Source: a virus
Taxonomy: Duplodnaviria; Heunggongvirae; Uroviricota; Caudoviricetes
DNA length: 43,059 nucleotides
Direction: 5' to 3' (one strand)
IMG/VR virus record: IMGVR_UViG_3300046507_000426
Shown: one piece after another, positions 34,268 to 43,059 of the stretch
Layout of the letters: each line of letters opens with the position of its first letter
Numbering within the stretch: position 1 is the first letter of the stretch
Notes under the pieces: generated by a model
What the model was told of the DNA's origin: nothing
The model's input: only the letters and a program-made list of their open reading frames with translations
Databases searched by the model: none
Made by a program: the position numbers and the translations under genes

Positions 34268-34656
34268 TGATCGACGCTATTTCGGCACTGATCCAAACTA
34301 CCAACTTACCGCTTCTTCTGAACTTGATGATCTCTTCAGGTCTTGGATTTTGCGGTTTCTTCTTCGCATTCTCAATCAAGAAGCGAGGCATCAAAAGCAA
34401 ATGGTTCACAACGCTCAGGTATATCCTGACGCTACTGTCTGTCTCAGCTTTGAGCAACGTTTATAGCCTTGCTATACTTGGCTATAAAATCGTACAACCC
34501 AGTGAACTACTCCTTAATACTTCCGTCTTTATCCTGATGGTGTGGGCTATCGCTTACTATGTTAAAAACATAGTTGGGTCTGGAACCAGTCTAACTCAAG
34601 AGAAAGTATTAAAATTCATTGAGAAAGAACACACGACTACGGGCATTCAACAATGA
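34267..34656 (+). CDS. Membrane protein, 3 predicted TM helices (holin/antiholin candidate)
   Basis: Hydrophobic segments; coupled (TAATG) to the holin-like gene. Confidence 0.55.
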   Translation: MIDAISALIQTTNLPLLLNLMISSGLGFCGFFFAFSIKKRGIKSKWFTTLRYILTLLSVSALSNVYSLAILGYKIVQPSELLLNTSVFILMVWAIAYYVKNIVGSGTSLTQEKVLKFIEKEHTTTGIQQ

Positions 34657-34686
34657 TGGCTCGTAGTTTGTTTTAATAACTAAACT

Positions 34687-35757
34687 ATGAGCTATTTCGG
34701 TCTACCTTTATATCCAACCACGCTTCCTAATCAGCAAGCTGTTGTCAACATCGTTGGTACAACAACGCTTGGCGCTGGTGCGGCAACATACGATAAGCAA
34801 TTCATGATCTCTGGGGCAGGCGGGTACACTATTACGCTCCCAGTGCTTGATGGCGTAAACTTCCCGTCAAAGAGCTACTCGATCTTCAACAACTCCAGCG
34901 CTGCCTGCACTATCACGACTAATGGTTCTGATACTGCGCTTCTGCTCGGATCAGCATTCTCTTCAGTCTCGATTCTTCCTGGCGAACGTTTCCTTGTTCA
35001 GAACGTGGTTACGAACTGGGTTATCGCACTGGAAAGCGCTTCAAGAACTACGACTGCACCTCAATTCGACAATACGATTCGTGCGGCTACGACTGCGTTT
35101 GTTCAAAAACAGGGTGTACAGTATTCTGGAGTTACCCTATTAGGTGCTAATACTACTCTTACCGCCTCTCAGGCAGGTGGAGTGTTTTGGTTGACAGGAA
35201 CTCCTGCATTTACTATTACTTTACCTACTGCATCGACATGTCCAATAGGTGCAGTTTTTAAGTTTTGGGCTCCGACTACCGCAGGCGCAACTATTGCAAG
35301 AGCTAGCACTGACGTTATTCAAATGAATGGTAATAGCGTTAATAGTATAGTTCTATCGGGCGGAGATACCTTAGAATTGGTATATGGAAGTCCAGGTGTT
35401 TGGGTAGCAACTAGCGGATCTGTTCAGCTGGGATTTTCAGGTGCATTCCTAGCATCTCAAACAACTTCCGGGTATCAAAGACTCCCGACTGGGATCCTTA
35501 TCCAATGGGGTCCTATTAGCTGTGCCGCAGGTACTACGAGCACTGGAACTTTTCCATTGGCATTTCCTGCAAATTGTTTTGCAGTTACGCTCACAGGTTT
35601 GCAAGCAACTGGTAACCAACAGGCTTACGCCACGCTTAACAATAAGAACTTGACAGGTTTTAACTGGAACGCTTTTAGCGCGGTGGGTGGGAGCGCACCT
35701 GTTTTAGCCGCTGGAGCTGCGTCTGTTCAAGGCCACTTCATGGCAGTCGGCAACTAA
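34687..35757 (+). CDS. Tail fibre-like protein 2 with gp53-like C-terminal domain
   Basis: PQFDNTIRAATTAFVQ; SGYQRLPTGILIQWG...MAVGN. Confidence 0.8.
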   Translation: MSYFGLPLYPTTLPNQQAVVNIVGTTTLGAGAATYDKQFMISGAGGYTITLPVLDGVNFPSKSYSIFNNSSAACTITTNGSDTALLLGSAFSSVSILPGERFLVQNVVTNWVIALESASRTTTAPQFDNTIRAATTAFVQKQGVQYSGVTLLGANTTLTASQAGGVFWLTGTPAFTITLPTASTCPIGAVFKFWAPTTAGATIARASTDVIQMNGNSVNSIVLSGGDTLELVYGSPGVWVATSGSVQLGFSGAFLASQTTSGYQRLPTGILIQWGPISCAAGTTSTGTFPLAFPANCFAVTLTGLQATGNQQAYATLNNKNLTGFNWNAFSAVGGSAPVLAAGAASVQGHFMAVGN

Positions 35758-35767
35758 GGATTAAATA

Positions 35768-36520
35768 ATGGCACGTACAAGAAATTTAGGTAATTTGACA
35801 GACCTGTTTACTGCAGGCTCAACTTACGCTTCAACAGCAACTCCTCCGCAGTTTGATAATAGCACTAACGTTGCTACGACTGCGTGGGTTAAATCTTCTG
35901 GACTTCAGTTAGCTACCAATGTCGGTATTTCGACAAATTCTACGCTTACAGTAGCTCAGGCCGCAGGTGCTATTTGTAATATTCAAGGCACTGGTTTGAC
36001 AGTAACTATGCCTTTAACTTCAACAGCAGTAATAGGAACCCGTATTGAATTTACAAGTGGTGGAGCTGGAAATGTTGTCCAACGTCAAGGCTCAGATACT
36101 TTTTCTGCTAACTATTCTAATAGTCTAAATTCTATTACTTTAAATTCTGGCGACAACGCAGTATTCGTATATATGGGTAGTAGTCAGTGGTATCTGACGG
36201 GGGGTACCGTTCAGCTAGGAAGTTCTGCTGGATTTGGAGCTTCGCTATTAAGTGCCGGATACCAGAAATTTCCGAGTGGACTTATTATACAATGGGGAAC
36301 TTTCTCAGGTTCTTCTTCTGCTGACACGGCAGTTACTTTCCCTCTTGCATTTCCGACTGCTGCTCAAAATGTGGTTGTTAATGCATATACCTCTGCTGGG
36401 GCTGGAAACTTTGCTACAACTACTGGAGTTCTTACCCCTACGGGGTTTTCCGGCTCTGTTTGGAGTACAGCTTCTACTCGTATTAACAGCGTAGGAACAT
36501 GGATAGCGACTGGAAGGTAA
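35768..36520 (+). CDS. Tail fibre-like protein 3 with gp53-like C-terminal domain
   Basis: PPQFDNSTNVATTAWVK; AGYQKFPSGLIIQWG...WIATGR. Confidence 0.8.
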   Translation: MARTRNLGNLTDLFTAGSTYASTATPPQFDNSTNVATTAWVKSSGLQLATNVGISTNSTLTVAQAAGAICNIQGTGLTVTMPLTSTAVIGTRIEFTSGGAGNVVQRQGSDTFSANYSNSLNSITLNSGDNAVFVYMGSSQWYLTGGTVQLGSSAGFGASLLSAGYQKFPSGLIIQWGTFSGSSSADTAVTFPLAFPTAAQNVVVNAYTSAGAGNFATTTGVLTPTGFSGSVWSTASTRINSVGTWIATGR

Positions 36521-36541
36521 CAAGTTTAGTGCGCTTCATCT

Positions 36542-36584
36542 AAAATCCCAGTATAATCTGATTATCTGGGATTTTTTATTTTTA
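36542..36584 (+). terminator. Terminator-like hairpin upstream of endolysin
   Basis: aaaatcccag...ctgggatttt stem followed by T-rich run; loop contains TATAAT. Confidence 0.65.
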
Positions 36585-36599
36585 CAATTTGGAGTTGTT

Positions 36600-37049
36600 A
36601 TGAGAGAAGGTCTACCCCTTGTCAAAGAATTTGAAGGTTGCAAGCTCGTTGCGTATCAGGACATCGTTGGCGTCTGGACGATTGGCTACGGTGAAACGTT
36701 GTGGCTGAACAGTTCTGGTCAACGTGTAAAAGTTTGGCCAGGCTTGACTATTACCCAAGCTCAAGCCGATGCAGATGTTGCAGGACGCTACGATGAGTTC
36801 GAAGCTAAAATCAAGGCTCTAATTAAAGTCCCAGTCACGTCTAATCAACTTGGAGCATTGGTAAGCTTTGCATATAACTTGGGCGAAGCTAGTCTAGCTG
36901 GATCCACACTATTAAAATTACTTAATGCAGGTGCTTCTCCTGCTACTGTCGCAGTTCAGTTTCCACGTTGGAACAAGGCTGGCGGCAAAGTTGTCGACGG
37001 ACTTACACGTCGTAGAAATGCAGAAGCTGGACTATTTTTAACAAAGTAA
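36600..37049 (+). CDS. Endolysin, GH24 phage lysozyme
   Basis: KEFEG...AYQD..GVWTIGYGET (E-D-T triad), ALVSFAYNLG, FPRWNKAGG...GL.RRR.AE; no SAR segment. Confidence 0.95.
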   Translation: MREGLPLVKEFEGCKLVAYQDIVGVWTIGYGETLWLNSSGQRVKVWPGLTITQAQADADVAGRYDEFEAKIKALIKVPVTSNQLGALVSFAYNLGEASLAGSTLLKLLNAGASPATVAVQFPRWNKAGGKVVDGLTRRRNAEAGLFLTK

Positions 37050-37050
37050 A

Positions 37051-37299
37051 ATGACTATCAAATCTTTAATTTTCAGTCTTATTTCAGAAAATGACGGTAA
37101 GTCACTCTGTCCAATTAGACTCTTCGCAGCCGCTATAAGTGTACCGGCTATTCTATTTTTCGTTATAGGATATAGTATACTTATGTATCACGGCCATTTT
37201 GATCTTCAAAGCATGGCGAATACATTTGCTGTCCTGACAGGTGGATACGCAGCTCTAGGCGTGTCTGTTGGGTTGAAAATGCGTAACGAAACTCAGTAA
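37051..37299 (+). CDS. Holin-like protein (2 predicted TM helices)
   Basis: 82 aa, two hydrophobic helices, between endolysin and spanins. Confidence 0.6.
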   Translation: MTIKSLIFSLISENDGKSLCPIRLFAAAISVPAILFFVIGYSILMYHGHFDLQSMANTFAVLTGGYAALGVSVGLKMRNETQ

Positions 37300-37316
37300 C
37301 TTATAAGAGAAAACAA

Positions 37317-37739
37317 ATGTTATCTTTAACAGGAATTAAGGCTTTCTTCAGCGGAGCTATCAACATCGTATTCATTTCGATTATTGTCGCTCTTTGTACT
37401 ATTATCGGCGTTAGCTATCTCAGCAATCAGTCGAAGCAGAAAGAGATCGAGACTCTAAACGGCAAACTAGGCGTGGCACAGACTGAAGCCGCGCAGTTCC
37501 AAGGCGCAGCTAGCGATTGCACAGCTGGCGTGAGCGCTGTACAGGCTTCCGAAGCTGTTGCTGACCAAGCCGTAAGCGAAGCTGTAAGCGTTGCTACAGT
37601 AAAGACTCAAATGTATGACAATCACGCTTCAACTGTGCTCAATGCGAAGCCTGCTGGCACTGACGACTATGCCAACAGCAAGGCCCTGATGGAATCTCTA
37701 ATCGATAATCGTCAATCACAACTGGTCACACCGAAATGA
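37317..37739 (+). CDS. i-spanin (Rz-like)
   Basis: N-terminal TM helix, Ala-rich coiled periplasmic domain with a Cys; upstream of lipoprotein. Confidence 0.75.
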   Translation: MLSLTGIKAFFSGAINIVFISIIVALCTIIGVSYLSNQSKQKEIETLNGKLGVAQTEAAQFQGAASDCTAGVSAVQASEAVADQAVSEAVSVATVKTQMYDNHASTVLNAKPAGTDDYANSKALMESLIDNRQSQLVTPK

Positions 37740-37999
37740 AAAAACTAATACTAGTCCTCGCCGTAGCTCTTGCAGCCTGTGCGACTAAGCCTGAAATACG
37801 CTATGTCCCGCAGGAAGTCAAGGTTCCAGTCCCCGTCAAGTGCAAGGCTCCGAACATTGCCAAGCCGACGTACGACTTTAACAACGCAAAGAAAACAAAT
37901 ACGCTTTACACCAGTATTGGCTTGCTTGCAGCAGAGAACGATCATCTTTCAGCGTATACGATTAAACTAGAAGCTGCTTTGGCCGCTTGCACTAAATGA
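37736..37999 (+). CDS. o-spanin lipoprotein (Rz1-like)
   Basis: MKKLILVLAVALAAC lipobox, Pro-rich linker, ATGA overlap with i-spanin. Confidence 0.85.
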   Translation: MKKLILVLAVALAACATKPEIRYVPQEVKVPVPVKCKAPNIAKPTYDFNNAKKTNTLYTSIGLLAAENDHLSAYTIKLEAALAACTK

Positions 38000-38370
38000 C
38001 ACATAGACACTTCTTTAACATTGAACTAACAGAGGGCTCCGATTATTCGGAGTCTTTTGTTTATGCAGACCCTTCCACGACACTGCCTATTTCTCTGACT
38101 GGCTACTCAGCAGACATGAAGGTACGTATCGCCATGAATGGGAATTACAACGCCTATGCTAATCCCGACTTCGTTCTGGAACTCAGCACGACAACAGGAG
38201 AAATTGTACTTGGCGGAGACACTGGAACTGTAACTGTGAATATCTCTGGCGACAAGACTTCGGGTTTGAATTGGAATAGAGGTGCTTATACATTGTTCCT
38301 TATTTCACCTTTTGGTGGGCGAGCCAAGTTCATTGAAGGGTTCATAACTATCAACGGGAGCACGTTGTAA
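37996..38370 (+). CDS. Beta-sandwich virion protein (BppU-N-like)
   Basis: SLTGYSADMKVR...LELSTTTGEI.L...TVTVNI...T..L.W..G.Y.L pattern. Confidence 0.5.
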   Translation: MTHRHFFNIELTEGSDYSESFVYADPSTTLPISLTGYSADMKVRIAMNGNYNAYANPDFVLELSTTTGEIVLGGDTGTVTVNISGDKTSGLNWNRGAYTLFLISPFGGRAKFIEGFITINGSTL

Positions 38371-38372
38371 TC

Positions 38373-38684
38373 ATGGGTCAAGGCGTTGCACGGGTAAATG
38401 ATATTGTGAGTGGAACATGCAGAGCATCTGCTCCAAATCATCCACGTCAATTCACGGGAGTCTGGATTTCTGGCTCTGATGTTTGTCAGGCTGATAACCT
38501 GGGCATAGTCCGGGTTGGTGATGTAGGCGTGACTGATTGTAATCATCACTTTACAGCAGTTGCAGGCTCTGATATATCTACAGCGGATAACCTGGCAATT
38601 CACCGCGTAGGTGATCCAGTCACCGTGCAGGAAGGTGGCGAAGGTACAACAATTACCGGTTCCGATACGGTAACAACAGAATAA
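38373..38684 (+). CDS. PAAR-like spike tip protein
   Basis: ARVND...C...HP, repeated RVGD, Cys/His candidates for Zn. Confidence 0.75.
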   Translation: MGQGVARVNDIVSGTCRASAPNHPRQFTGVWISGSDVCQADNLGIVRVGDVGVTDCNHHFTAVAGSDISTADNLAIHRVGDPVTVQEGGEGTTITGSDTVTTE

Positions 38685-38686
38685 TT

Positions 38687-39988
38687 ATGAGCGTAAATCT
38701 AACAACAGCTATCGCAGCCTTTGCTGCAGGAACCGCAATCGTGGACTTGGTCACTCCGGGCTTGGCTTCGATAACAAGTCACGGTAGCCCTCTGGCTAGT
38801 CTTTCCGCTATTCCAGGTATGTCTACGGCATCAACTACTATCAATTCGATGGTATCGTCTGCGACTACCCAGTGGAATTCTATACTTTCCCAGCTTAGCG
38901 TTGCCCTTCCCGCTATGAAGGCCGTGCATGTGCTTGAAAGTAAAATGGCTATGGCATCGACGCCAGGTATTGCTCCGACTACGGCTGGATCTACGTCTTT
39001 CCAAGCTTACTTCGGAGCTATCGATACGGTTAAGACACAAGTTACGAACCTTCAGACTTCTGTAACTAACTCCATCAATACACTAGGTACTAGCGCTCTG
39101 TCAGTCTCTGGTGTGACTGGCACAGGAACTGCTGCTCTTACTTCTCTTGCTAGCAAGATCCCTCCCGCAACGATTCCTGATGGCAGTGGCGGGACTATGA
39201 CTAACCCTGCTTACACTTCGTTTATGTCAACGAATAGTAGTACGTTCAGTTCGATGACAACTGCAGCGAACAGTCTAAATTCAACCGTAGCTACGGCCAA
39301 TACCGCAGTCACAGCTCAATTCTCTGCTGCAAGCTCAGCTTTTACAAATGGCGTCAACTCGCTTAAGGCTTGCGCTTTTGCAACTTTCTGTGCCCAGCCT
39401 CAACCAGCAGCTGTATCAGCGGTTATTGCAAAGACTGTCGATACAACGAAAGTACCTTCTACGGCACAACTGGCAGTAGCTTCTCAGTCTACGCAGACGT
39501 GGATGAGTGCTCAGAATACTACTTCGACTCCAGTATCTGGTCCGGATCCAGTAGCTACGACAACTACTACGGTTCCGACTATTAATACTCCACCGTCTGA
39601 TCCTAACAACTTCACTGCGTCAGGCTGTACTGCAGGACAACTGTCCGCTATTGATTCCCAAGTCGAATCTCAGTTGGCTGTCGCTACTTCTACTCAGTCA
39701 GCATTCGCTACTGCAAAGCAGAACCTTGATGCGTTGATGAAGTCGCTTAACTGGGCGAACATAGACAAGAGCACTAATCCTACTGGGTACCAAACTACCC
39801 TTAATACGATTCTGGCTTCTCCCCAAAGAGCAGCTTACGATGCAGCACAAGGTCCGTATAAAACTGCGCGTCAGCTATACTTCAGGCTTCAAGATATCCA
39901 GATGTATATGCATAAGCAAGGACCTTTGCCAGGGAATCCAAATGGACCTTGGACTATGAATGACTTTTTGCCGGGTTCGTCAAGCTAA
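38687..39988 (+). CDS. Ser/Thr/Ala-rich hypothetical protein
   Basis: 433-aa ORF following PAAR gene; Pro/Thr linker before a helical C-terminal domain. Confidence 0.6.
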   Translation: MSVNLTTAIAAFAAGTAIVDLVTPGLASITSHGSPLASLSAIPGMSTASTTINSMVSSATTQWNSILSQLSVALPAMKAVHVLESKMAMASTPGIAPTTAGSTSFQAYFGAIDTVKTQVTNLQTSVTNSINTLGTSALSVSGVTGTGTAALTSLASKIPPATIPDGSGGTMTNPAYTSFMSTNSSTFSSMTTAANSLNSTVATANTAVTAQFSAASSAFTNGVNSLKACAFATFCAQPQPAAVSAVIAKTVDTTKVPSTAQLAVASQSTQTWMSAQNTTSTPVSGPDPVATTTTTVPTINTPPSDPNNFTASGCTAGQLSAIDSQVESQLAVATSTQSAFATAKQNLDALMKSLNWANIDKSTNPTGYQTTLNTILASPQRAAYDAAQGPYKTARQLYFRLQDIQMYMHKQGPLPGNPNGPWTMNDFLPGSSS

Positions 39989-40024
39989 TCAAGTAAAATA
40001 AGAGCACAACTTTAGAGAAATACC

Positions 40025-40246
40025 ATGTCCTACTCCCCCGCCTCCACACGAATATTCGTTGAGTTAGTATTCGACTCAACTGGTTCCAACCTTATTAGCC
40101 CAGGTTCTATGTCTCATACCTACGGTTACGACGGATCTAGTAACCTTACTACCGATACCGTAACAGATAATTCTGGTACCTGGATCAAAACTTATACCTA
40201 TTCCGGCACGACGTTGACCGGTGAAAGCGCGTGGGTGAAGCAATGA
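40025..40246 (+). CDS. Small hypothetical structural protein
   Basis: 73 aa; TYGYDGSSNLTTDT...TYTY pattern; ATGA overlap downstream. Confidence 0.55.
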   Translation: MSYSPASTRIFVELVFDSTGSNLISPGSMSHTYGYDGSSNLTTDTVTDNSGTWIKTYTYSGTTLTGESAWVKQ

Positions 40247-41529
40247 GCGTAAGTTTTGGTGATTTCAAAAAGCTAGCCAAGTTAGCGAATTTGGGCAGTA
40301 GTGGCGGTTCTTCTACTCCGAGTGGTCAAACTGTGCGTAATATTGCCACACGTTGCCGTAACAATTATCAGACATTTGCTACTGCTGCTAGAGGTATTAG
40401 AAGCCGTACGTACCATATTAATATGGGCGATGATATTCAGTCATCAGATGGAATTCAGGTTGTAGTTGCAAACTGGCTTGCAAACAACATCGGTGAAACT
40501 GCTACAAGTGTAACTAGCACCGAATATATTTCTATTGAATACCCTATTGGTATTTTTACGATTGCAACCTGGAGCAATGTAACAGGCGTTGCATCGTCTC
40601 AGTCTGCACCATGTCCTGGTGGCCAGGAAATAAAGACAGATTTTATTAAAGTGGCTATCCCAAAAGGGGCTGGGTTTTTCGTAAACCATATTGCTACGTA
40701 CCCTTCCGCTATTAACCCGCCTGTGTCTTCGACGGGAACTACGTCCCTGGCAGAACCGGCAGTATCGTATTACTGGACAGATGCACAGCTTACAGCGTTG
40801 ACTACTGACATTCGTGCATTCTTGACGGGTACTACCTTATCAGGTGGTCAAACAACAGGCGGTGCGTTTGCACAATTCCCGGTAGCTATTCTCGGTAAGT
40901 CATCTGTACCGAGCGTTATAATCTATGGAGATAGCCGAGCTTCGGGACGTTCAGACGGTACAGCAGCTACTGCTGCATGTGATTTCGGATACTGGGGTAT
41001 TGGAGAAATTGCCCGTTCTATCGGGCACGCACTTCCCTATACTAATTTTGGTTGTGAAACAGATACGATTCAAAATTTTAACGCTCAACATACGTTCCGT
41101 GCAAGAATTGCGCAGTATCACCAATACGTTCACTTTGAATATGGTATTAACGACTTGACAGCTGGTCGTACTGCTGCAGTAATCTCAGCAGCTTTGGCTA
41201 GTGCATATGCCCTCTTTCCATCACAGAAAGTTTCACAGTCGACTATTCCGCCTGTTACGACTTCTACAGATGTATGGGTCACAACTGCTAACCAAACTGT
41301 AGTAGCGTCGAATCCTCAACGCACTGCTTTGAATGACATCATTAGAACAAAACCGGCTCCTTTGTGGAATTACTTTGAAATAGCAGATGTGTTTGAAACC
41401 TCTCGTAATAGTGGTATCTGGAACATTCTAAACGGTCAGGCGTTGACAGGTGATGGTACGCATGAAACTCCTATTGGATATCAATTAATCCAAACATCGG
41501 GTGCTATTAACACGGCACTTTTTACTTAA
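40243..41529 (+). CDS. SGNH/GDSL hydrolase-domain tail protein (candidate polysaccharide deacetylase)
   Basis: IIYGDSRASG (block I Ser), EYGINDL (block III), GDGTHET (D-x-x-H). Start set at ATG 40243 overlapping the upstream stop. Confidence 0.8.
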   Translation: MSVSFGDFKKLAKLANLGSSGGSSTPSGQTVRNIATRCRNNYQTFATAARGIRSRTYHINMGDDIQSSDGIQVVVANWLANNIGETATSVTSTEYISIEYPIGIFTIATWSNVTGVASSQSAPCPGGQEIKTDFIKVAIPKGAGFFVNHIATYPSAINPPVSSTGTTSLAEPAVSYYWTDAQLTALTTDIRAFLTGTTLSGGQTTGGAFAQFPVAILGKSSVPSVIIYGDSRASGRSDGTAATAACDFGYWGIGEIARSIGHALPYTNFGCETDTIQNFNAQHTFRARIAQYHQYVHFEYGINDLTAGRTAAVISAALASAYALFPSQKVSQSTIPPVTTSTDVWVTTANQTVVASNPQRTALNDIIRTKPAPLWNYFEIADVFETSRNSGIWNILNGQALTGDGTHETPIGYQLIQTSGAINTALFT

Positions 41530-41539
41530 CAACAGAACC

Positions 41540-42223
41540 ATGAGCCTAGTAACCTTAAACACTGTCAGATATCTTACCGCTGACGACGTATACCATTACA
41601 CAGTGGACAATCGTCCCCTCCAGGATTTGGCATCGAATGATGTTCTGCTCCAAGCTGGGCTTGACATTCTTGCAGCTTCTATTTCTGCAGGCGGTGTTAC
41701 CTCGCAAGACTTCATTGCAGGAACAGACTTTACAGTCAATGTAACGACTTCGCTTACACTTAGTAGCGCCCCGGCAACCATCAACTCCTTGTGGATCTTT
41801 TTCGACGGTGTCTACCAAAACGTTACAACCTACACGTTGAACGGTAACGTCGTTACTTTTGGCTCAGTTATTCCAACAGGGGTTAGTTCCGTTGAAATCA
41901 AGTGGTCAAATGCAGGATCCGTAAACGCATTCTCTACTACTTCAGTACTTACAGTGGGTGATGCTAATTCTACCCTTCCAGTAGCTCGGGATACTGTTGT
42001 CGTGTTCAACGCCCCAATCACTGCAAATCGTACTGCAACGTTGTCGACAAGTTCGACTCAGGGATTTAAGGTCAGAGTAGTTCGTAGCGCATCCGCAACC
42101 GGAGCATTTTCAATTACCGTTTCTAACGGCACGGGTCTAAAGATCCTCAATTCGATAAGCACCTGGGCTGATTTCATCTATACAGGCACTGCCTGGATCG
42201 AAACGGCCAGCGGAAGCCTGTAG
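41540..42223 (+). CDS. Virion structural/fibre-associated protein
   Basis: DNRPL.DL..ND N-terminus, IFFDGVYQ...Y.L.GN..TF Ig-like unit; start reassigned to ATG 41540 after upstream stop. Confidence 0.6.
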   Translation: MSLVTLNTVRYLTADDVYHYTVDNRPLQDLASNDVLLQAGLDILAASISAGGVTSQDFIAGTDFTVNVTTSLTLSSAPATINSLWIFFDGVYQNVTTYTLNGNVVTFGSVIPTGVSSVEIKWSNAGSVNAFSTTSVLTVGDANSTLPVARDTVVVFNAPITANRTATLSTSSTQGFKVRVVRSASATGAFSITVSNGTGLKILNSISTWADFIYTGTAWIETASGSL

Positions 42224-42272
42224 TCTAAAATATAGCGGGGCCTAAAGCCCTTTCTCTTTTTAGGAAATACAA

Positions 42273-42905
42273 ATGACTTTCAATTATGTACAAAGCTTCC
42301 CGAACGACGAACTTGGAACAGTAGTTTTCACAGGCAGTTCTGCAGGGGCTTACACCCTTGGAGACGCTCATGCTACTCCGGGTATCAAAGTTGTTCTGAA
42401 GAATCAAGGAACTGGCGTTGTTACGGTTTCAACGTCGAATAGCCAAACGATTGACGGAGCTTCAACGTATCAACTGGTTAACCAATACCAGGAAGTAACG
42501 TTTCAAAGTGACGGCACTAACTGGATGGTTATCGCTCATGTAGCTTCGGTAGCGTCTACAGTTGCTATCGCTCCGGTTAACCTCACTGCACAAGCTGCAG
42601 CTATCAATGCTACTACGCTTTACGCTGCGCCCGCTGCTGGTATGTATCGTGTTTCTGTTGACGGTATCGTCACTACGGTCGGTACTGCTGGTACGCTAGG
42701 CATCACCATCGCAAGTAACAACGGCGTTGCAGCACTAAGCCAAACGTCTGGTACCGCAAACCTTACGGTTCTAGGTGCAGAGATTTCGACTGAATTCACG
42801 CTTTACTCGGCTGCTGGCCAGAACATTACCTACGCAACGGCTCTAGCTGGCGCAACGGGTACTCCTGCTTATGCACTGCGTATTCGTGTTTCGTACCTTG
42901 GTTAA
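42273..42905 (+). CDS. Beta-rich virion/fibre-associated protein
   Basis: TIDG...YQL..QY..V.FQSDGTNW motif; AGGA RBS. Confidence 0.6.
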   Translation: MTFNYVQSFPNDELGTVVFTGSSAGAYTLGDAHATPGIKVVLKNQGTGVVTVSTSNSQTIDGASTYQLVNQYQEVTFQSDGTNWMVIAHVASVASTVAIAPVNLTAQAAAINATTLYAAPAAGMYRVSVDGIVTTVGTAGTLGITIASNNGVAALSQTSGTANLTVLGAEISTEFTLYSAAGQNITYATALAGATGTPAYALRIRVSYLG

Positions 42906-42925
42906 GATTTAACTGTTTAAATAAG

Positions 42926-42948
42926 GCCGGGCTTAGTCCCGGCTTTTT
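42926..42948 (+). terminator. Intrinsic terminator
   Basis: gccggg-cttagt-cccggc followed by ttttt. Confidence 0.85.
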
Positions 42949-42991
42949 CGTTTCTGACTCCATTAAAATAGGAGTCTAACCTTACAATAAC

Positions 42992-43059
42992 ATGGCTACT
43001 TTTCCTGGTTCAAAACTCATTAAATTCACAGCGTCCCTACTTGGTATAGGCGGCGTTGA
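42992..43059 (+). CDS. 5' fragment of an ORF running off the window
   Basis: ATG GCT ACT TTT CCT... (MATFPGSKLIKFTASLLGIGGV), open to the window end. Confidence 0.45.
   Translation, partial: MATFPGSKLIKFTASLLGIGGV

Noticed and set aside
42238-42261. Short gggc-ctaaa-gccc hairpin plus T-run
   Set aside because: Only a 4-bp stem; too weak to call a terminator
1-43059. CRISPR arrays, tRNA/rRNA genes, integrase, reverse transcriptase or DGR repeats
   Set aside because: No regularly spaced repeat-spacer units, cloverleaf-like sequences or relevant catalytic motifs seen by eye; fibre paralogues are too divergent to be DGR template/variable repeats. tRNAscan/Infernal were not run.

Overview
A 43-kb segment of a large tailed (contractile-tail) bacteriophage genome. 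The host is Gram-negative, since the lysis genes include a two-component spanin pair; a betaproteobacterial host is my inference from the tail-fibre motifs. Most of the + strand is virion morphogenesis: terminase large subunit, a tail assembly chaperone with a -1 frameshift site, tape measure, baseplate/hub genes, an embedded sigma-70-family factor, three paralogous tail-fibre genes, a lysis module (holin-like genes, GH24 endolysin, i-/o-spanin), a PAAR-like spike tip and an SGNH esterase. A 6.2-kb minus-strand island (4410-10595), bounded by a bidirectional terminator and carrying its own repeated promoter motif, interrupts this. The island encodes what looks like a complete phage-borne ubiquitin-like conjugation pathway: ThiF/E1, Prok-E2_D-type E2, JAB/MPN metalloprotease and a 69-aa Ubl ending ...GTKG. 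It also holds uncharacterised coupled genes, a small C4 zinc-finger protein and three interlocked helices that could form an attenuator between the Ubl gene and the E2-JAB unit. Two free-standing HNH endonucleases are present. I saw no tRNA, rRNA, CRISPR array or integrase. All family calls come from motif recognition by eye; no searches were run.
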